The notes beneath the pieces are model-generated. The model saw only the letters and a program-made list of their open reading frames with translations. It did not search any database and was not told where the DNA came from. Shown here piece by piece: positions 29,775-40,179 of a DNA stretch of 64,000 bases; within the stretch, counting starts at the first letter, position 1, and the number at the start of each line of letters is the position of its first letter. The position numbers were made by a program, and so were the translations under genes. Source of the DNA: an uncultured Candidatus Saccharibacteria bacterium (lineage in GTDB: Bacteria; Patescibacteriota; Minisyncoccia; Ryanbacterales; 2-02-FULL-48-12); contig CAYZNS010000006.1 of NCBI GenBank assembly GCA_964479945.1, positions 1,107-65,106 of the forward strand, given 5' to 3'.

Positions 29775-30386
29775 ATGTTCGATAAATTTATAAAATTCTA
29801 CGAGCGAACAATACGAAAAATGTGGCACATTCGTGCCGGCGGCACTTTACGTTCGCTGAAAGGCACGCTCGTTGAGACGATGGCCGAGGAGATGGTTTTA
29901 CTCGCATGGAAAAATATCGGCGGCAAATCTTCGCGCATCAAAATCAACAAAACAAAATATCCTATCAGTGATGGAAGGGGAAATGTTTATAAGCTGTCCC
30001 AAGATAAACAGGTTTATATTGATGATGAATTTGTGCTGTCAATCGAGTGTAAGGCATATGCAGAGGTCGCGATGTATAAACGTATATTAGTTGATGCCTT
30101 TTTGCTCAAAAAGCATTTTCCAAAACTCAAATTCTGCCTTTTCCAATTAGAAAGTATGCTTGGCGGTGATTACTCCATTGCCGTTGATCATCCGAACGAA
30201 AGCCCATCGGTCAAAGTTCTTGAGCATCATTTTCCAAATCTCGACATTGAGATCATCACTATGCTGGATGGAGAACGAAACATCAAAGGGGAAATACATA
30301 AAAAGCAGTTTTATAAACCACTTCGTCCCGAAAGATTAGACCACGCAATCAAATACTTTGAGCGCGCATTAAAAGAGCATCTCTAA
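29775..30386 (+). CDS. Putative type II restriction endonuclease (PD-(D/E)XK)
   Basis: SQDKQVYIDDEFVLSIECKAY; convergent with a methyltransferase. Confidence 0.7.
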   Translation: MFDKFIKFYERTIRKMWHIRAGGTLRSLKGTLVETMAEEMVLLAWKNIGGKSSRIKINKTKYPISDGRGNVYKLSQDKQVYIDDEFVLSIECKAYAEVAMYKRILVDAFLLKKHFPKLKFCLFQLESMLGGDYSIAVDHPNESPSVKVLEHHFPNLDIEIITMLDGERNIKGEIHKKQFYKPLRPERLDHAIKYFERALKEHL

Positions 30387-31885
30387 AATAACTTCGCCGG
30401 AATTTCCTTTATTCGTTTCTCGGAGATTTTGCAGTATTTTGGTGAGATATCTATTCCGATATATTTTCTGCCTGTTTCTGCGGCGCAAAGTGTGGTTGTT
30501 CCCGCGCCGTTGAACGGATCAAGTACAATATCGTCTTGATAGCTAAAGAGTTTCATTAGTCGCGTTGCTAACTCCTTTGGAAACATTGCAGGATGATCAT
30601 ATTCTTTCATGTTTCGTTCGGGAGCGATGGACCATTTTGCATAAACCCATTTCTTGAATTCGTCGCCTGTTATATCGGCTTTTGACGAGTCGCCAGCCTT
30701 TTTGTGTGTATCTTTTGAGAAAACTTCAACAAATTCCCATGTGTATTTTAGATATGGCATACTAGGGCTTTTCCAACTGCCCCATGCAGTATACTTGCAG
30801 TTATAGTTATTTTTCTCCCACAAAATTTCTCCCTTCCAGATCAACCCATGATTAAGTAGTTGTTTTGACATCAAATGATGTGTCGGAATGTAATCTGAAA
30901 ACAACGGCTGCACGTTAAGGCAGAGCCGCCCTCCGGGTTTTAGAATGCGCGCGCACTCTTTCCAAATTGCGTCTATCTTCTTAAAATACTCGTCCCAGTG
31001 AATCGCGTCATTTTTCTCATCGTCTTTATATTCTAGGCCGAAATTATACGGTGGAGATGTAATGATAATATCAATCGAACCAGTTGGGATTTTACGCAAA
31101 ACTTCTTCACTGTCGCCACATATAATTTTGTCTGTAAACTTCTCAATGCCATTTGCTTGTGTAACCGCAAAAGCTTCTTTTTGAAATTTTGTGCCGCCCC
31201 GTGCTCTTTCTTTCGCCTCTCTATTTTTGACTTTTCTTTCTCGATTAAGAAGTTTTGCGTCTGGATAAATTTCTACTGGAGACATAAAACCGCCATCACG
31301 AATAACATCAAGCACTATGCCCTGAATTGAAACATCCCGCCCATTTCTAAAAATAAGTGGCTCCATAGTTTTGTTTGCCGGCTGTAAGCGGATATACTCC
31401 CTCTCTTTGTAAAATTTCTTTAAGGTTGCTTCGTGATTGTCGATGAGAGCTACTACCTTTTGTCCGTTCTCGGCTGTTTCCTGCTGACGCACCAAAACTA
31501 TATCGCCATCATTTATATTTTCATCAACCATGCTACTGCCGACTACACGGAGAGCATAAACTTCTGATGAAGAAGGGATTTTACTTTTTGGGACAGCGAT
31601 CATTTCCTTGTCTTGTATTGCTTCGATTGGTTGTCCGGCGGCAATAGTCCCCAAAAGAGGAATTTTTACCATTGTTTCACGACCAAATGCTTCAATAGAG
31701 CGCGGTTTATTTTCTTCTTTAGACAAAAGTCCTAAATCGCGGAGTTTTGAGACATGAAAATGAGCCGTAGAAACGGATGAGAGTTTTAATTTCTTGCGTA
31801 TCTCGTCAAGAGAGGGAGCGTATCCTTTGCGCCCCTGATAATCGGTTATGAAATCGAGAGCTTGTTTTTGCCTTTTTGTTACCAT
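30383..31885 (-). CDS. lexA: LexA repressor fused to a beta-class N4/N6 DNA methyltransferase
   Basis: LexA winged HTH, IAAGQP cleavage site, GSSM and TLKK dyad; then TSPPY, HPAMFP, LDPFNGAGTT. Confidence 0.92.
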   Translation of the reverse strand: MVTKRQKQALDFITDYQGRKGYAPSLDEIRKKLKLSSVSTAHFHVSKLRDLGLLSKEENKPRSIEAFGRETMVKIPLLGTIAAGQPIEAIQDKEMIAVPKSKIPSSSEVYALRVVGSSMVDENINDGDIVLVRQQETAENGQKVVALIDNHEATLKKFYKEREYIRLQPANKTMEPLIFRNGRDVSIQGIVLDVIRDGGFMSPVEIYPDAKLLNRERKVKNREAKERARGGTKFQKEAFAVTQANGIEKFTDKIICGDSEEVLRKIPTGSIDIIITSPPYNFGLEYKDDEKNDAIHWDEYFKKIDAIWKECARILKPGGRLCLNVQPLFSDYIPTHHLMSKQLLNHGLIWKGEILWEKNNYNCKYTAWGSWKSPSMPYLKYTWEFVEVFSKDTHKKAGDSSKADITGDEFKKWVYAKWSIAPERNMKEYDHPAMFPKELATRLMKLFSYQDDIVLDPFNGAGTTTLCAAETGRKYIGIDISPKYCKISEKRIKEIPAKLF

Positions 31886-32071
31886 GGTTATATTATAGAA
31901 AATAAATCGAAAGTGTAAAAGGGCAAGTTATCCACATATGTTTATGTTCAGATCAAAACCAGAAGCAATTATAAAAAGATCGAAACCGTCTATTGGTTTT
32001 TGGACAAATGTAGGCGGGATAATAAAAATAAAAAACTATCCAGCCATAAGCGGAATAGTTTTATGTATGCT

Positions 32072-32788
32072 TCATCCTGCAAGCACATTGGCAATCACGC
32101 GATATGCTTGCAGGTTTACAATCAGACCCGAGTGTCCGCCGGTTACTTCTTCGTATCGCTCGTCAGAACGCATCTGGGCAAACCAGCCGACAATGCGGTC
32201 CTCTTTGGAAAAAATGGAGCAGCAAGATACTCCTGTTGGCATTGCTTCAAACACGGCCGGAAACAATCCACAGGAACAGGTAATACTTCTCTGTCCCTGC
32301 AGCCGCATACATGGCATCCAAACTCTTGCAAACGCCTCCACCACCCTCGCGAGACCGCTTTTTATAACCCCCTCTTGCTTTACAGGAGTTCCCAGTGTAA
32401 TAATGCGCTTTATTTTCTGGGGGAACACGTGACCCAATTGCCGCGCAAGAATACCGCCCAGGCTGTGGCCTATGAGAGACAACGGCCCCGCCTTATTATA
32501 CAAATACTCAATGCGCCGGCCGAGATTATCCGCGGTCTCGCGCGGACAGCGCCTGTTGCAATATATACCGGAGAGATACGGCGCATACCCGATGCGCTTG
32601 AGCCATTTAGCAAGCACCATCAACGTCCAATCTCCTCCGAGAAATCCGGGTATCAATACTACCGGCTCTCCATTTCCTTTTGCAATACCTCCGCCCGTAT
32701 ACACATCACTGCGTATAAGTTTAAAGAAATTATTCCAACAATCCATCCACTCCGCCCCCGCTTCCGACATGATTAACGCCATACTCAT
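32072..32788 (-). CDS. Alpha/beta hydrolase (esterase/lipase)
   Basis: LIPGFLG, GHSLGG, D and GGHSG. Confidence 0.88.
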   Translation of the reverse strand: MSMALIMSEAGAEWMDCWNNFFKLIRSDVYTGGGIAKGNGEPVVLIPGFLGGDWTLMVLAKWLKRIGYAPYLSGIYCNRRCPRETADNLGRRIEYLYNKAGPLSLIGHSLGGILARQLGHVFPQKIKRIITLGTPVKQEGVIKSGLARVVEAFARVWMPCMRLQGQRSITCSCGLFPAVFEAMPTGVSCCSIFSKEDRIVGWFAQMRSDERYEEVTGGHSGLIVNLQAYRVIANVLAG

Positions 32789-32817
32789 GGGGTGCTCCTC
32801 CGGGTGAAGTTTTGAAA

Positions 32818-33690
32818 TTAAAACTGGTTTTCTTCTGCAGCTGCCGCATTTTCTGTCAATCTCGTGCGGAGTGTATTTTCCATAAGCATTGCTACCGCAA
32901 TGGGTCCCACACCACCCGGTACGGGCGTAATGATAGCGGCTTTTTGGGCAACGGAATTAAAATCAAAGTCGCCGTGCAACTTGCCGTCTTCTCCTGTTGA
33001 CATTCCCACATCAATGGCAATAACGCCATCCTTTACCATATCCCCCGTTATAATTCCCTGTTTGCCCACGCAAGAAACAATAATGTCGGCGTGGCGCGTA
33101 TAAAAAGACACATCGCGGGTATATTTATTAACAGGAGTAACAGTCGCTCCCTCACGTATGAACCAAATACTTACGGGCCTGCCGGCCACGGGACCTGTTC
33201 CGACCACCACAACTTCTTTTCCTTTCACATCTACCACGGGGGGATTGCCATAGGAAAGTATTTTCCGTACCGCGCTTACCAAAGGCGGAAGCCATTTCCC
33301 CTTTCCCGTAAGAAAATCACCGTTCGCATCACTGGACAACACATCAACATCCATTCCCAGCGGCACGGCATCAAGCGCTCGTTGTATATTCTCAACTCCG
33401 TTCCGCCCCGTCAATTGAATAATCATGGCATCATTTCCCTTCAACAACTCGCCTACACGCGCTCGCAATTTGTTTGCGGAATTCTTATATGTAAACTCTT
33501 TATAAATCCGGACTTCTATGCCGGCCGCCTCACCCGCACGAACTTTGCTTCTGACAAACGAATTGGTTGCCGGATCCTCCGCGGTAATAACAATACCAAG
33601 CCGCAATTTAAGATTGCGTTCATCCACTTCTCTGCGTATAGTTGCTAACAATTCTCGCGCAATTTGTTTTCCATCAATAATTATAGCCAT
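32818..33690 (-). CDS. folD: Methylenetetrahydrofolate dehydrogenase/cyclohydrolase
   Basis: IIDGKQIA, DVD, IDVG, ITPVPGGVGP. Confidence 0.92.
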   Translation of the reverse strand: MAIIIDGKQIARELLATIRREVDERNLKLRLGIVITAEDPATNSFVRSKVRAGEAAGIEVRIYKEFTYKNSANKLRARVGELLKGNDAMIIQLTGRNGVENIQRALDAVPLGMDVDVLSSDANGDFLTGKGKWLPPLVSAVRKILSYGNPPVVDVKGKEVVVVGTGPVAGRPVSIWFIREGATVTPVNKYTRDVSFYTRHADIIVSCVGKQGIITGDMVKDGVIAIDVGMSTGEDGKLHGDFDFNSVAQKAAIITPVPGGVGPIAVAMLMENTLRTRLTENAAAAEENQF

Positions 33691-33706
33691 ATTTGCTCCT
33701 ATTTCA

Positions 33707-34882
33707 TTATTTCAACGAACGTTGCTTTTCTAAAATATCATCAATCTGCCCGGCAATCTTTTTCATATCCTTCTCCTTCTTACCCTGCGTGGTAACGGCC
33801 GCGGTACCGATGCGGATACCAGAGGGACTAAACGGGCTCCGCGTATCATACGGAATGGTGTTCTTATTTACAATGATACCATGTTTCTCTAGCGCGTCGC
33901 TCGCGTCCGCCCCCGTAACGCCGCGCGCCCAGGTATCCACCAACAGTAAGTGATTGTCCGTGCCGCCCGAGACAACGCGCCAGCCCTTTTTTTGAAGCTC
34001 TTCCGCGAGGACCCGCGCGTTCTTTACAACTTGCGCCGCATACTTCCTGAAATTCGGCTGCATGGCTTCCTCTAATGCAACGGCAATGGCGGCTATCTGA
34101 TTTAAATGCGGCCCCCCCTGCATACCGGGAAATACGGCTTTGTCTATGAGTTCCTGAAACTTGAAATTTGAAAAAATCATGGCCGCGCGGGGACCACGAA
34201 GTGTTTTATGGGTAGTTGTGGTAACAACGTCCGCATATGGAAACGGCGACGGATGCGCCCCGCCGGCAACCAGTCCGGCGATATGCGACATATCCACCAT
34301 CAAGACCGCGCCGACCGTATCCGCAATGCTCCGAAACCGCTTCCAGTCAATAATGCGCGGATATGCCGTAAAGCCCGCGACAATAAGTTTCGGCCGCTCG
34401 CGCAATGCTATATTTAAAAGTTCATCGTAATTCAGGCGCTCGGTTTTTTTATCCACCACAAAAGGCACTTGCTGCCAGATTTTCCCCGATGCGCTTACCT
34501 TGTGCCCATGCGTCAAATGCCCGCCCATGGCAAGCTGCATACCCATAATCTTCTCGCCTATCGGCACGAGTGCTAAGTACACGGCAATGTTTGCAGGCGA
34601 GCCGGAGTATGGCTGCACATTTACCGCCCACTTTTTCGGCGAGAGCTTAAAGAGCTTGAGCGCCCGCTCCCGCGCCAGATTCTCAATTTCGTCCGCCACC
34701 GCGTTCCCGCCGTAATACCGCTTCCCCGGATACCCCTCTGCATATTTATTGGTAAGCACGGAACCCAAAGCGTCCACTACCGCATCGGATACATAATTTT
34801 CCGAAGCGATTAAGTTGATAACGCTCTTTTGGCGTTTTTCTTCTTTTTTGATGAGATTGAATAGTTGTGTGTCTTTTTTCAT
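33707..34882 (-). CDS. glyA: Serine hydroxymethyltransferase
   Basis: LIASENY, YAEGYPGKRYYGG, GGHLTHG, TTTTHKTLRGPR. Confidence 0.98.
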   Translation of the reverse strand: MKKDTQLFNLIKKEEKRQKSVINLIASENYVSDAVVDALGSVLTNKYAEGYPGKRYYGGNAVADEIENLARERALKLFKLSPKKWAVNVQPYSGSPANIAVYLALVPIGEKIMGMQLAMGGHLTHGHKVSASGKIWQQVPFVVDKKTERLNYDELLNIALRERPKLIVAGFTAYPRIIDWKRFRSIADTVGAVLMVDMSHIAGLVAGGAHPSPFPYADVVTTTTHKTLRGPRAAMIFSNFKFQELIDKAVFPGMQGGPHLNQIAAIAVALEEAMQPNFRKYAAQVVKNARVLAEELQKKGWRVVSGGTDNHLLLVDTWARGVTGADASDALEKHGIIVNKNTIPYDTRSPFSPSGIRIGTAAVTTQGKKEKDMKKIAGQIDDILEKQRSLK

Positions 34883-34940
34883 AAGAGTAATCGCGAATAA
34901 TGCGAATTAAGGCGAATATACGAATAGAATATGGCGAACA

Positions 34941-35017
34941 AGCGCCAGGATGTGACTAGCCGAGCTCTGCACATGAGCGAAGCGAGATGTAAATAGCTCG
35001 GCTCGGCACATCCGGAA
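34941..35017 (-). repeat. Repeat family A (inner gagcgaagcga), next to a cgaat tandem tract at 34890-34940
   Basis: agcgccaggatgtgactagccgagct...agctcggctcggcacatccggaa. Confidence 0.9.
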
Positions 35018-35249
35018 TCGCGAAATACCGTTTATATATCGTGCGCATTCGACTGTCAGTGTCGCTCCTTACAACATTCTTCCACTCTACCCTAAAAAAG
35101 CCCTTTATTGCTTTTGACTTCCAATAAGAAAGTCTACGTAATAGTGATAGTGAGTTATTCCCCTAATAGAACCATTATCTCATGACCACTACCCAGAATC
35201 AAAAATCGAGGGCAAACGCGTAAGTCCTAATATTATTTTATTGTCAAGT

Positions 35250-36914
35250 TTATTTATAGTATGGTGTTTTTTTATCCAAATATTTCAGTACCTCTTCTAT
35301 ACTGCCACCCCCCACTTTCTTTCCAGGATTAAATATGTTTTCCGGATCAAAAATGCGCTTTGTCTCTTCAAACATTCCGTACACCTCCCTGCCAAACATA
35401 TCTTCCACATACGCTCCGCGCACCATGCCATCGTTGTGCTCGCCGCTGATGGAACCGTGATATGACAACACTAACTCATACACGCGATGTCCTGCTTCCT
35501 GAATTGTTTTTTGCAATGTTTTATCTTTGGGATCCATGAGCGGGATGATGTGAAAATTACCATCGCCCATGTGCCCTGCCACCGTGTAGATCATATTGTC
35601 GTATTCATCCAGTATCGCTTCCAATTTCGGAAGAAATTCCGTAAGGTGTTCCGGCGCGACGACAATGTCATCAATAAAGGGCGCGGTGCGGAGGCCGCGT
35701 ATGCGCTTGCGCAGCAGGTTAAAACTTTCCCGCCGCATCACCCAATACTTTTCTGCTTGTGCCTTCGTGCGCGCAATTTTAACCGCAACATCAAAGTTTG
35801 TGCGAATATCGCGCGCCGCTTGTTTTGCTTGGCTTCCCGCCTTTTCCTGTGTATTGCCGGTAAACTCCGCCAAGAGCACCAGCTTCGGTATGCCCCCCGT
35901 TATAACCATCCACAATTCAGGAAGAAAGGAAAACGCAAGCTTAAAAAAATTGCTTTTGAGCCGCGTTGCGAACTCCGGAAAAAACTTAACCGCAACTTTA
36001 AATGTATGGTCATCGTACGACTCAAAACTCTCCGGCTTATAGCGCATCACATGGGTAATAACCTCCCCTAACCTTTTGGTATCTTTCAAAAACATGACCA
36101 CCAGCGATGAATACGGCGCAGGATGCACCAGGCGGAACGTAACATCCGTGATAATGCCCAGTGTTCCCTGCGAGCCGACTATCGCTTTGGTAAGATCAAA
36201 TGTTCCCTTTTCTTCGTCCATTATATTCCAGAGATAATACCCTGAAGAATTTTTAGACACGCGCGGCCGCGCCTTTTCAATTATTTCGCGATTGCGCAAA
36301 ATCAGATCATGCATGCGGCGGTATATGTCCCCTTCAATGCCGTCTTGCTGCATTTTCTTCTCAAGTTCTTTTTTTGTGAGCGCCTGGAAACTATGCGGCT
36401 TGCCGTCGCGCAGTATCATGGTGATTTTTTTGACATATCGTTCCGTTTTGCCGTATTTTAAATTTTTCTCGCCCCCCGCATTATTCGCCACCATGCCGCC
36501 CACGGCGCATATCTCGCGGGAGGCGGGATAGCTCGGCAGTATCATGCCATGCTTTTTCGTGTGAACGTCAAAGTCGCGGTAATACATCCCGGGCTCCACC
36601 GTAATATAGTCGCCCAAAAACCCTTTGAGGCGGTTCATGTGGCGCGTGAATACCATCACAATGGAATCCGAAAGCGGCCCGCCCGTCATGTCGGTACCTC
36701 CCGCGCGCGCGGTCAGCGAAATATCCGCCCCTTCCTGTTTTTTCTTCGCTGCAAACCGGACAAGGTTCTGCACATCGTCCGCATCCCGGGGGAATACCAC
36801 AATCTCCGGCTGTATGCGGAATAAACTCGCGTCCCGGCTATATTCTTCGCGCACAAGAGCAGACGTTTCCACATCACCCTTAAAAAATAAACGGATTTCT
36901 TTAGCAAGGTTCAT
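35250..36914 (-). CDS. FAD-binding oxidoreductase (GlcD/D-lactate dehydrogenase-like)
   Basis: RAGGTDMTGG, GSQGTLG, GHMGDGNFH, SGEHNDG, FDPENIFNPGK. Confidence 0.92.
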   Translation of the reverse strand: MNLAKEIRLFFKGDVETSALVREEYSRDASLFRIQPEIVVFPRDADDVQNLVRFAAKKKQEGADISLTARAGGTDMTGGPLSDSIVMVFTRHMNRLKGFLGDYITVEPGMYYRDFDVHTKKHGMILPSYPASREICAVGGMVANNAGGEKNLKYGKTERYVKKITMILRDGKPHSFQALTKKELEKKMQQDGIEGDIYRRMHDLILRNREIIEKARPRVSKNSSGYYLWNIMDEEKGTFDLTKAIVGSQGTLGIITDVTFRLVHPAPYSSLVVMFLKDTKRLGEVITHVMRYKPESFESYDDHTFKVAVKFFPEFATRLKSNFFKLAFSFLPELWMVITGGIPKLVLLAEFTGNTQEKAGSQAKQAARDIRTNFDVAVKIARTKAQAEKYWVMRRESFNLLRKRIRGLRTAPFIDDIVVAPEHLTEFLPKLEAILDEYDNMIYTVAGHMGDGNFHIIPLMDPKDKTLQKTIQEAGHRVYELVLSYHGSISGEHNDGMVRGAYVEDMFGREVYGMFEETKRIFDPENIFNPGKKVGGGSIEEVLKYLDKKTPYYK

Positions 36915-37143
36915 GTTGTTAGTATACCGCACTCTTCTTACATACAAAACAAAAAGGCGCCATCAAGACGCCTTTCTTTGTTACCAATTCACCCAGCCGT
37001 CTGACCAAACCTTTCGCGATTTAATTTTCTTGCCACTCTTTCGGTGTTTCATAAAACCCTCCAATGAACAGTTGTTTTCTATACAACGCCGTTCACTACA
37101 TTCTGGTTTCAGGTTCCAAGTTCCAGGCTTCAGGTTTCAAGCA

Positions 37144-37896
37144 CTACCCCTTGCTGTCATGCGCCTCCACGCGGAGCGTTACCATATAATCAGCGCCATC
37201 CAATTCTGGACCTGATTTCGGATGAGGACTTACTTCCAGAAGAGTTATAATATAGCTTCCTGTTACTGCGGCATTCGGTATGCCACTGTCGCCCGGGAGG
37301 CGCAACCGCAACTCCTCGCCGCCCGCCTTGATATGCACGGTAACCCAACCTGCCTGTATGCATTGCACATCCTGCGGACAACGGCTATCATCTTCCACAC
37401 CTGTGAACGCAATTTTCAAATCCTCCACCCATTTGACTTCCCCGAATGCGAGCGTAAATGTATTTCCTTCTTCCGCGCTTACCCGTTCCCGACGTTCAAC
37501 ATCCAATACAAACGGCGTGTTGTTGATCGTCGCGGACAATACCGCATTATTCGCAGCGTCAAACGATACGCGGAACGGCGCCTCAAAAATAACCTGCGCG
37601 CAGATATCGGCGGTTTGCTCGGCAGTAAAGCGCAATACAACTTCTTCCGGGCTGCCCCCATGATTCTCGGCCGACACGGAAAGCGTATAGCACGGGTTAG
37701 GAAGCGTCACGGTCCCCTCCACGGTATGCATGCCGTTACCCGCGTAATCCACGCCGGTAGCTTTCTCCGCAAGCGGCTGCGCGCTTGCTTCCTCTTCACT
37801 CCGCCAGCCGGCGGAGCGGAACATAAGCCACGCGCCGAGGCCAAGCAACACTATGATAAGTATTCCCCAGATTGTTTTTTTGGTTGTCATATTCAT
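37144..37896 (-). CDS. Membrane-anchored exported hypothetical protein
   Basis: N-terminal TM; LPNPCY, ICAQV and DSRCPQDVQCIQAG Cys motifs. Confidence 0.8.
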   Translation of the reverse strand: MNMTTKKTIWGILIIVLLGLGAWLMFRSAGWRSEEEASAQPLAEKATGVDYAGNGMHTVEGTVTLPNPCYTLSVSAENHGGSPEEVVLRFTAEQTADICAQVIFEAPFRVSFDAANNAVLSATINNTPFVLDVERRERVSAEEGNTFTLAFGEVKWVEDLKIAFTGVEDDSRCPQDVQCIQAGWVTVHIKAGGEELRLRLPGDSGIPNAAVTGSYIITLLEVSPHPKSGPELDGADYMVTLRVEAHDSKG

Positions 37897-37960
37897 TATA
37901 CGCTCTTTGCTTTCCTGAAATTTGTTCTATGATGGCCTTGATTATACATGGGGCGTTACC

Positions 37961-38863
37961 CTACTCCTCCACAATCAACTTCCCTACCATTCCCATGGCA
38001 CGGTGATTCCCCACATTGCAGTAATACTCAAACGTACCTGCTTTATCGGCAATGAAATCCACCGAGGATCGGTTGCCGGAAGCCACCTGTTCCGTATGCG
38101 CGTTAAACTCGTCTATTGTCCAATCGTGAAAACCGCCGGCGCTGGTAAAATTGATACGGACGAAATCCTCCTTCTTTACGCGAATTTCGCCCTGCGAGAA
38201 TTCAAAATTACGGCCAGAGATGTCAAATTCCTTAAAAGAGCGAGCTTCCACCGCACTATCCTCTGCCGTATTTGACGACTGACTGCCGCTTGTAGTACCG
38301 CTTCCACCCTCCGGTACCGTCAGCATCTCATCTTCCGCGCCAATCTCCACCATGGGCGCGGCCTCCACAATTTCACCGCAAGCAACCGACGGCGATGGCA
38401 GCGACGGTCCCGCGTGCACTACCACAATCCGCGGCGGGCTTCCCACCACCTCGTCAAATAAAACGGAGAGTATGGTATGCGACAATCCGCCTATAACATT
38501 TTCCAGATTATACACAACGCTGCCCAATGCACCGCAAGTTCCTTCATGAATGTGAGCCGCCATGGAAATAGATTCACGGTTTGTCGAATCGGGAATGGAA
38601 AATTCAATATCCACTGAGGTAGCGCCATCTTCGCGCGTGATAGCAGCCACGCCCGCCATATTGCTTCCGTTCATAGGCTCCAGCGCCAAAAGCCGAATCT
38701 GGGAATTGAACTCCTCGAAGGTCGGCGAAGGAGGAAATTCCGGCGAAGGAATATCCGCGTCTAACGCGCTCTGCTGCAGCCGCGCCCCGCGGTATAAAAC
38801 CGCGCCAAGTGATATAACGGCTATCACAATAAGAATGATGGTGCGTGTGGAAAATTGCTTCAT
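37961..38863 (-). CDS. Exported protein with a CHRD/Cu-Zn SOD-like domain and a cupredoxin domain
   Basis: AHIHEGTC...VVVH...VACG; HDW...FEYYCNVGNHRAMGMVG. Confidence 0.82.
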   Translation of the reverse strand: MKQFSTRTIILIVIAVISLGAVLYRGARLQQSALDADIPSPEFPPSPTFEEFNSQIRLLALEPMNGSNMAGVAAITREDGATSVDIEFSIPDSTNRESISMAAHIHEGTCGALGSVVYNLENVIGGLSHTILSVLFDEVVGSPPRIVVVHAGPSLPSPSVACGEIVEAAPMVEIGAEDEMLTVPEGGSGTTSGSQSSNTAEDSAVEARSFKEFDISGRNFEFSQGEIRVKKEDFVRINFTSAGGFHDWTIDEFNAHTEQVASGNRSSVDFIADKAGTFEYYCNVGNHRAMGMVGKLIVEE

Positions 38864-38894
38864 ATAACAAGTATACGTTTTAAACTACGCTTGA

Positions 38895-39923
38895 TCAAGA
38901 GCCCGACGGCGGTGACGGTGGAGGCGCTGTACTATCAGGTGTTGGTTCCGGCGCTGATGAAGACGGGCAAGGCGCGAATTCGCAGGTTGGTCCCGTGCGC
39001 CCGACTGCCGAGCCATCCGGACATATTTTTGCTTCCTGCGTACATGCCCCATTTGTTACCGGATCTTCTGTGCCACCTCTGACGAGCGGCCGCGGAGGCA
39101 AATTTTTCAGCAATGCCCTGCCTGAAAGCGCGCGCACTTGATTTACCGCAAGAAGCAGCTTCTCGTCCATAACCGGCGTAAGACGTTCATAGACCCCGCC
39201 TAATAATGTCTCTTCATGCCCACGGACCGCGCCTTCCAGATATAAGGCCGGTGACACGCCGTCATTAGAATCCGCGCGCCATTCATGAAGAATCTTCTGG
39301 GTCTCCGACAGATAGGCGCTGTATTCTTCCAGCGCTTCCTCGTTATTTTCATGATCAATGGCAACTTCGCGCACGCGATTCATCCGCCGCCCCAAAGCAT
39401 CCGCGAAAATCATCAATGCTTCATCCGGGTACCGCTTCGCAAAAGAGGAAAGCGTCTGAAGCTGTTGGTTGATGAGAAAAATTTTAGTAAAAAGAATAAA
39501 CCGCTTTTTGTCAGCATCCGTGCGCTCGGAAATATGATCAAGCGCCTGCATGTGATCCGATGCCAGCGTGAGCGCGTCTGACAGCGGCGCCTTGTCCCCC
39601 AGACGCAGCGCCGCCGCATATAAAAACGGCATATCGGCGCGATACTGATCCAACGCTTTTTGCGTGGCGGAAATGCCCCTGCCCGCAAGCTTATCCGCTT
39701 CGGCAAGCCGCTCGGATACATTCGCGGTATAGCGTTCCAGGCGCTTCCTATCCGAGCGCGTAAAAAATAACCGCAGGCGCTCTTCCCAGATGTCAAGAAA
39801 ATACACCGGACTCTCCGGCGTCAATCCCGGGTCCGGTAATATAAATTGCTGGGCGTGTGTAGGAATACCAACCCCGAACAAAAAAACAAAAAGAGCTGCT
39901 GGCGCTAAAAATTTTTGTATCAC
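38895..39923 (-). CDS. Exported helical protein (DUF5667-like) with a C-terminal Cys-rich module
   Basis: PGLTPESPVYFLD...ERLAEA; ACTQEAKICPDGSAVGRTGPTCEFAPCP. Confidence 0.75.
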   Translation of the reverse strand: MIQKFLAPAALFVFLFGVGIPTHAQQFILPDPGLTPESPVYFLDIWEERLRLFFTRSDRKRLERYTANVSERLAEADKLAGRGISATQKALDQYRADMPFLYAAALRLGDKAPLSDALTLASDHMQALDHISERTDADKKRFILFTKIFLINQQLQTLSSFAKRYPDEALMIFADALGRRMNRVREVAIDHENNEEALEEYSAYLSETQKILHEWRADSNDGVSPALYLEGAVRGHEETLLGGVYERLTPVMDEKLLLAVNQVRALSGRALLKNLPPRPLVRGGTEDPVTNGACTQEAKICPDGSAVGRTGPTCEFAPCPSSSAPEPTPDSTAPPPSPPSGS

Positions 39924-39967
39924 TCTTTTAGTATATATATTTATTGATAACCTGGGAAGTAATCCTT

Positions 39968-40148
39968 TAGAAAGTGTTTACAAACCCTTCGTAGCGAAGC
40001 TTTCCTGCTTTGAGCTGATACAAGGAAGGCAAGTAAAACGGCATAAGGCGTAGCAACGCTACGGTGAAATGCTGTTTTACGCAGCCTGACGCCGTAGCAG
40101 CCAAAGCAGGAAAGCTGCAGTAGAAGGGGTTTGTAAACACTTTCTTAT
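39968..40148. mobile_element. MITE, long copy with nested internal hairpins
   Basis: tagaaagtgtttacaaacccttc...gaaggggtttgtaaacactttctta; inner agctttcctgcttt/aaagcaggaaagct and cgtagcaacgctacg. Confidence 0.85.
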
Positions 40149-40179
40149 AGAACGCACAGTATGAAATAGCGCTTACAGT

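Noticed and set aside
31928-31936. Replication origin from TTATCCACA boxes (also about 56682-56690)
   Set aside because: The boxes are isolated, with no cluster and no dnaA nearby.
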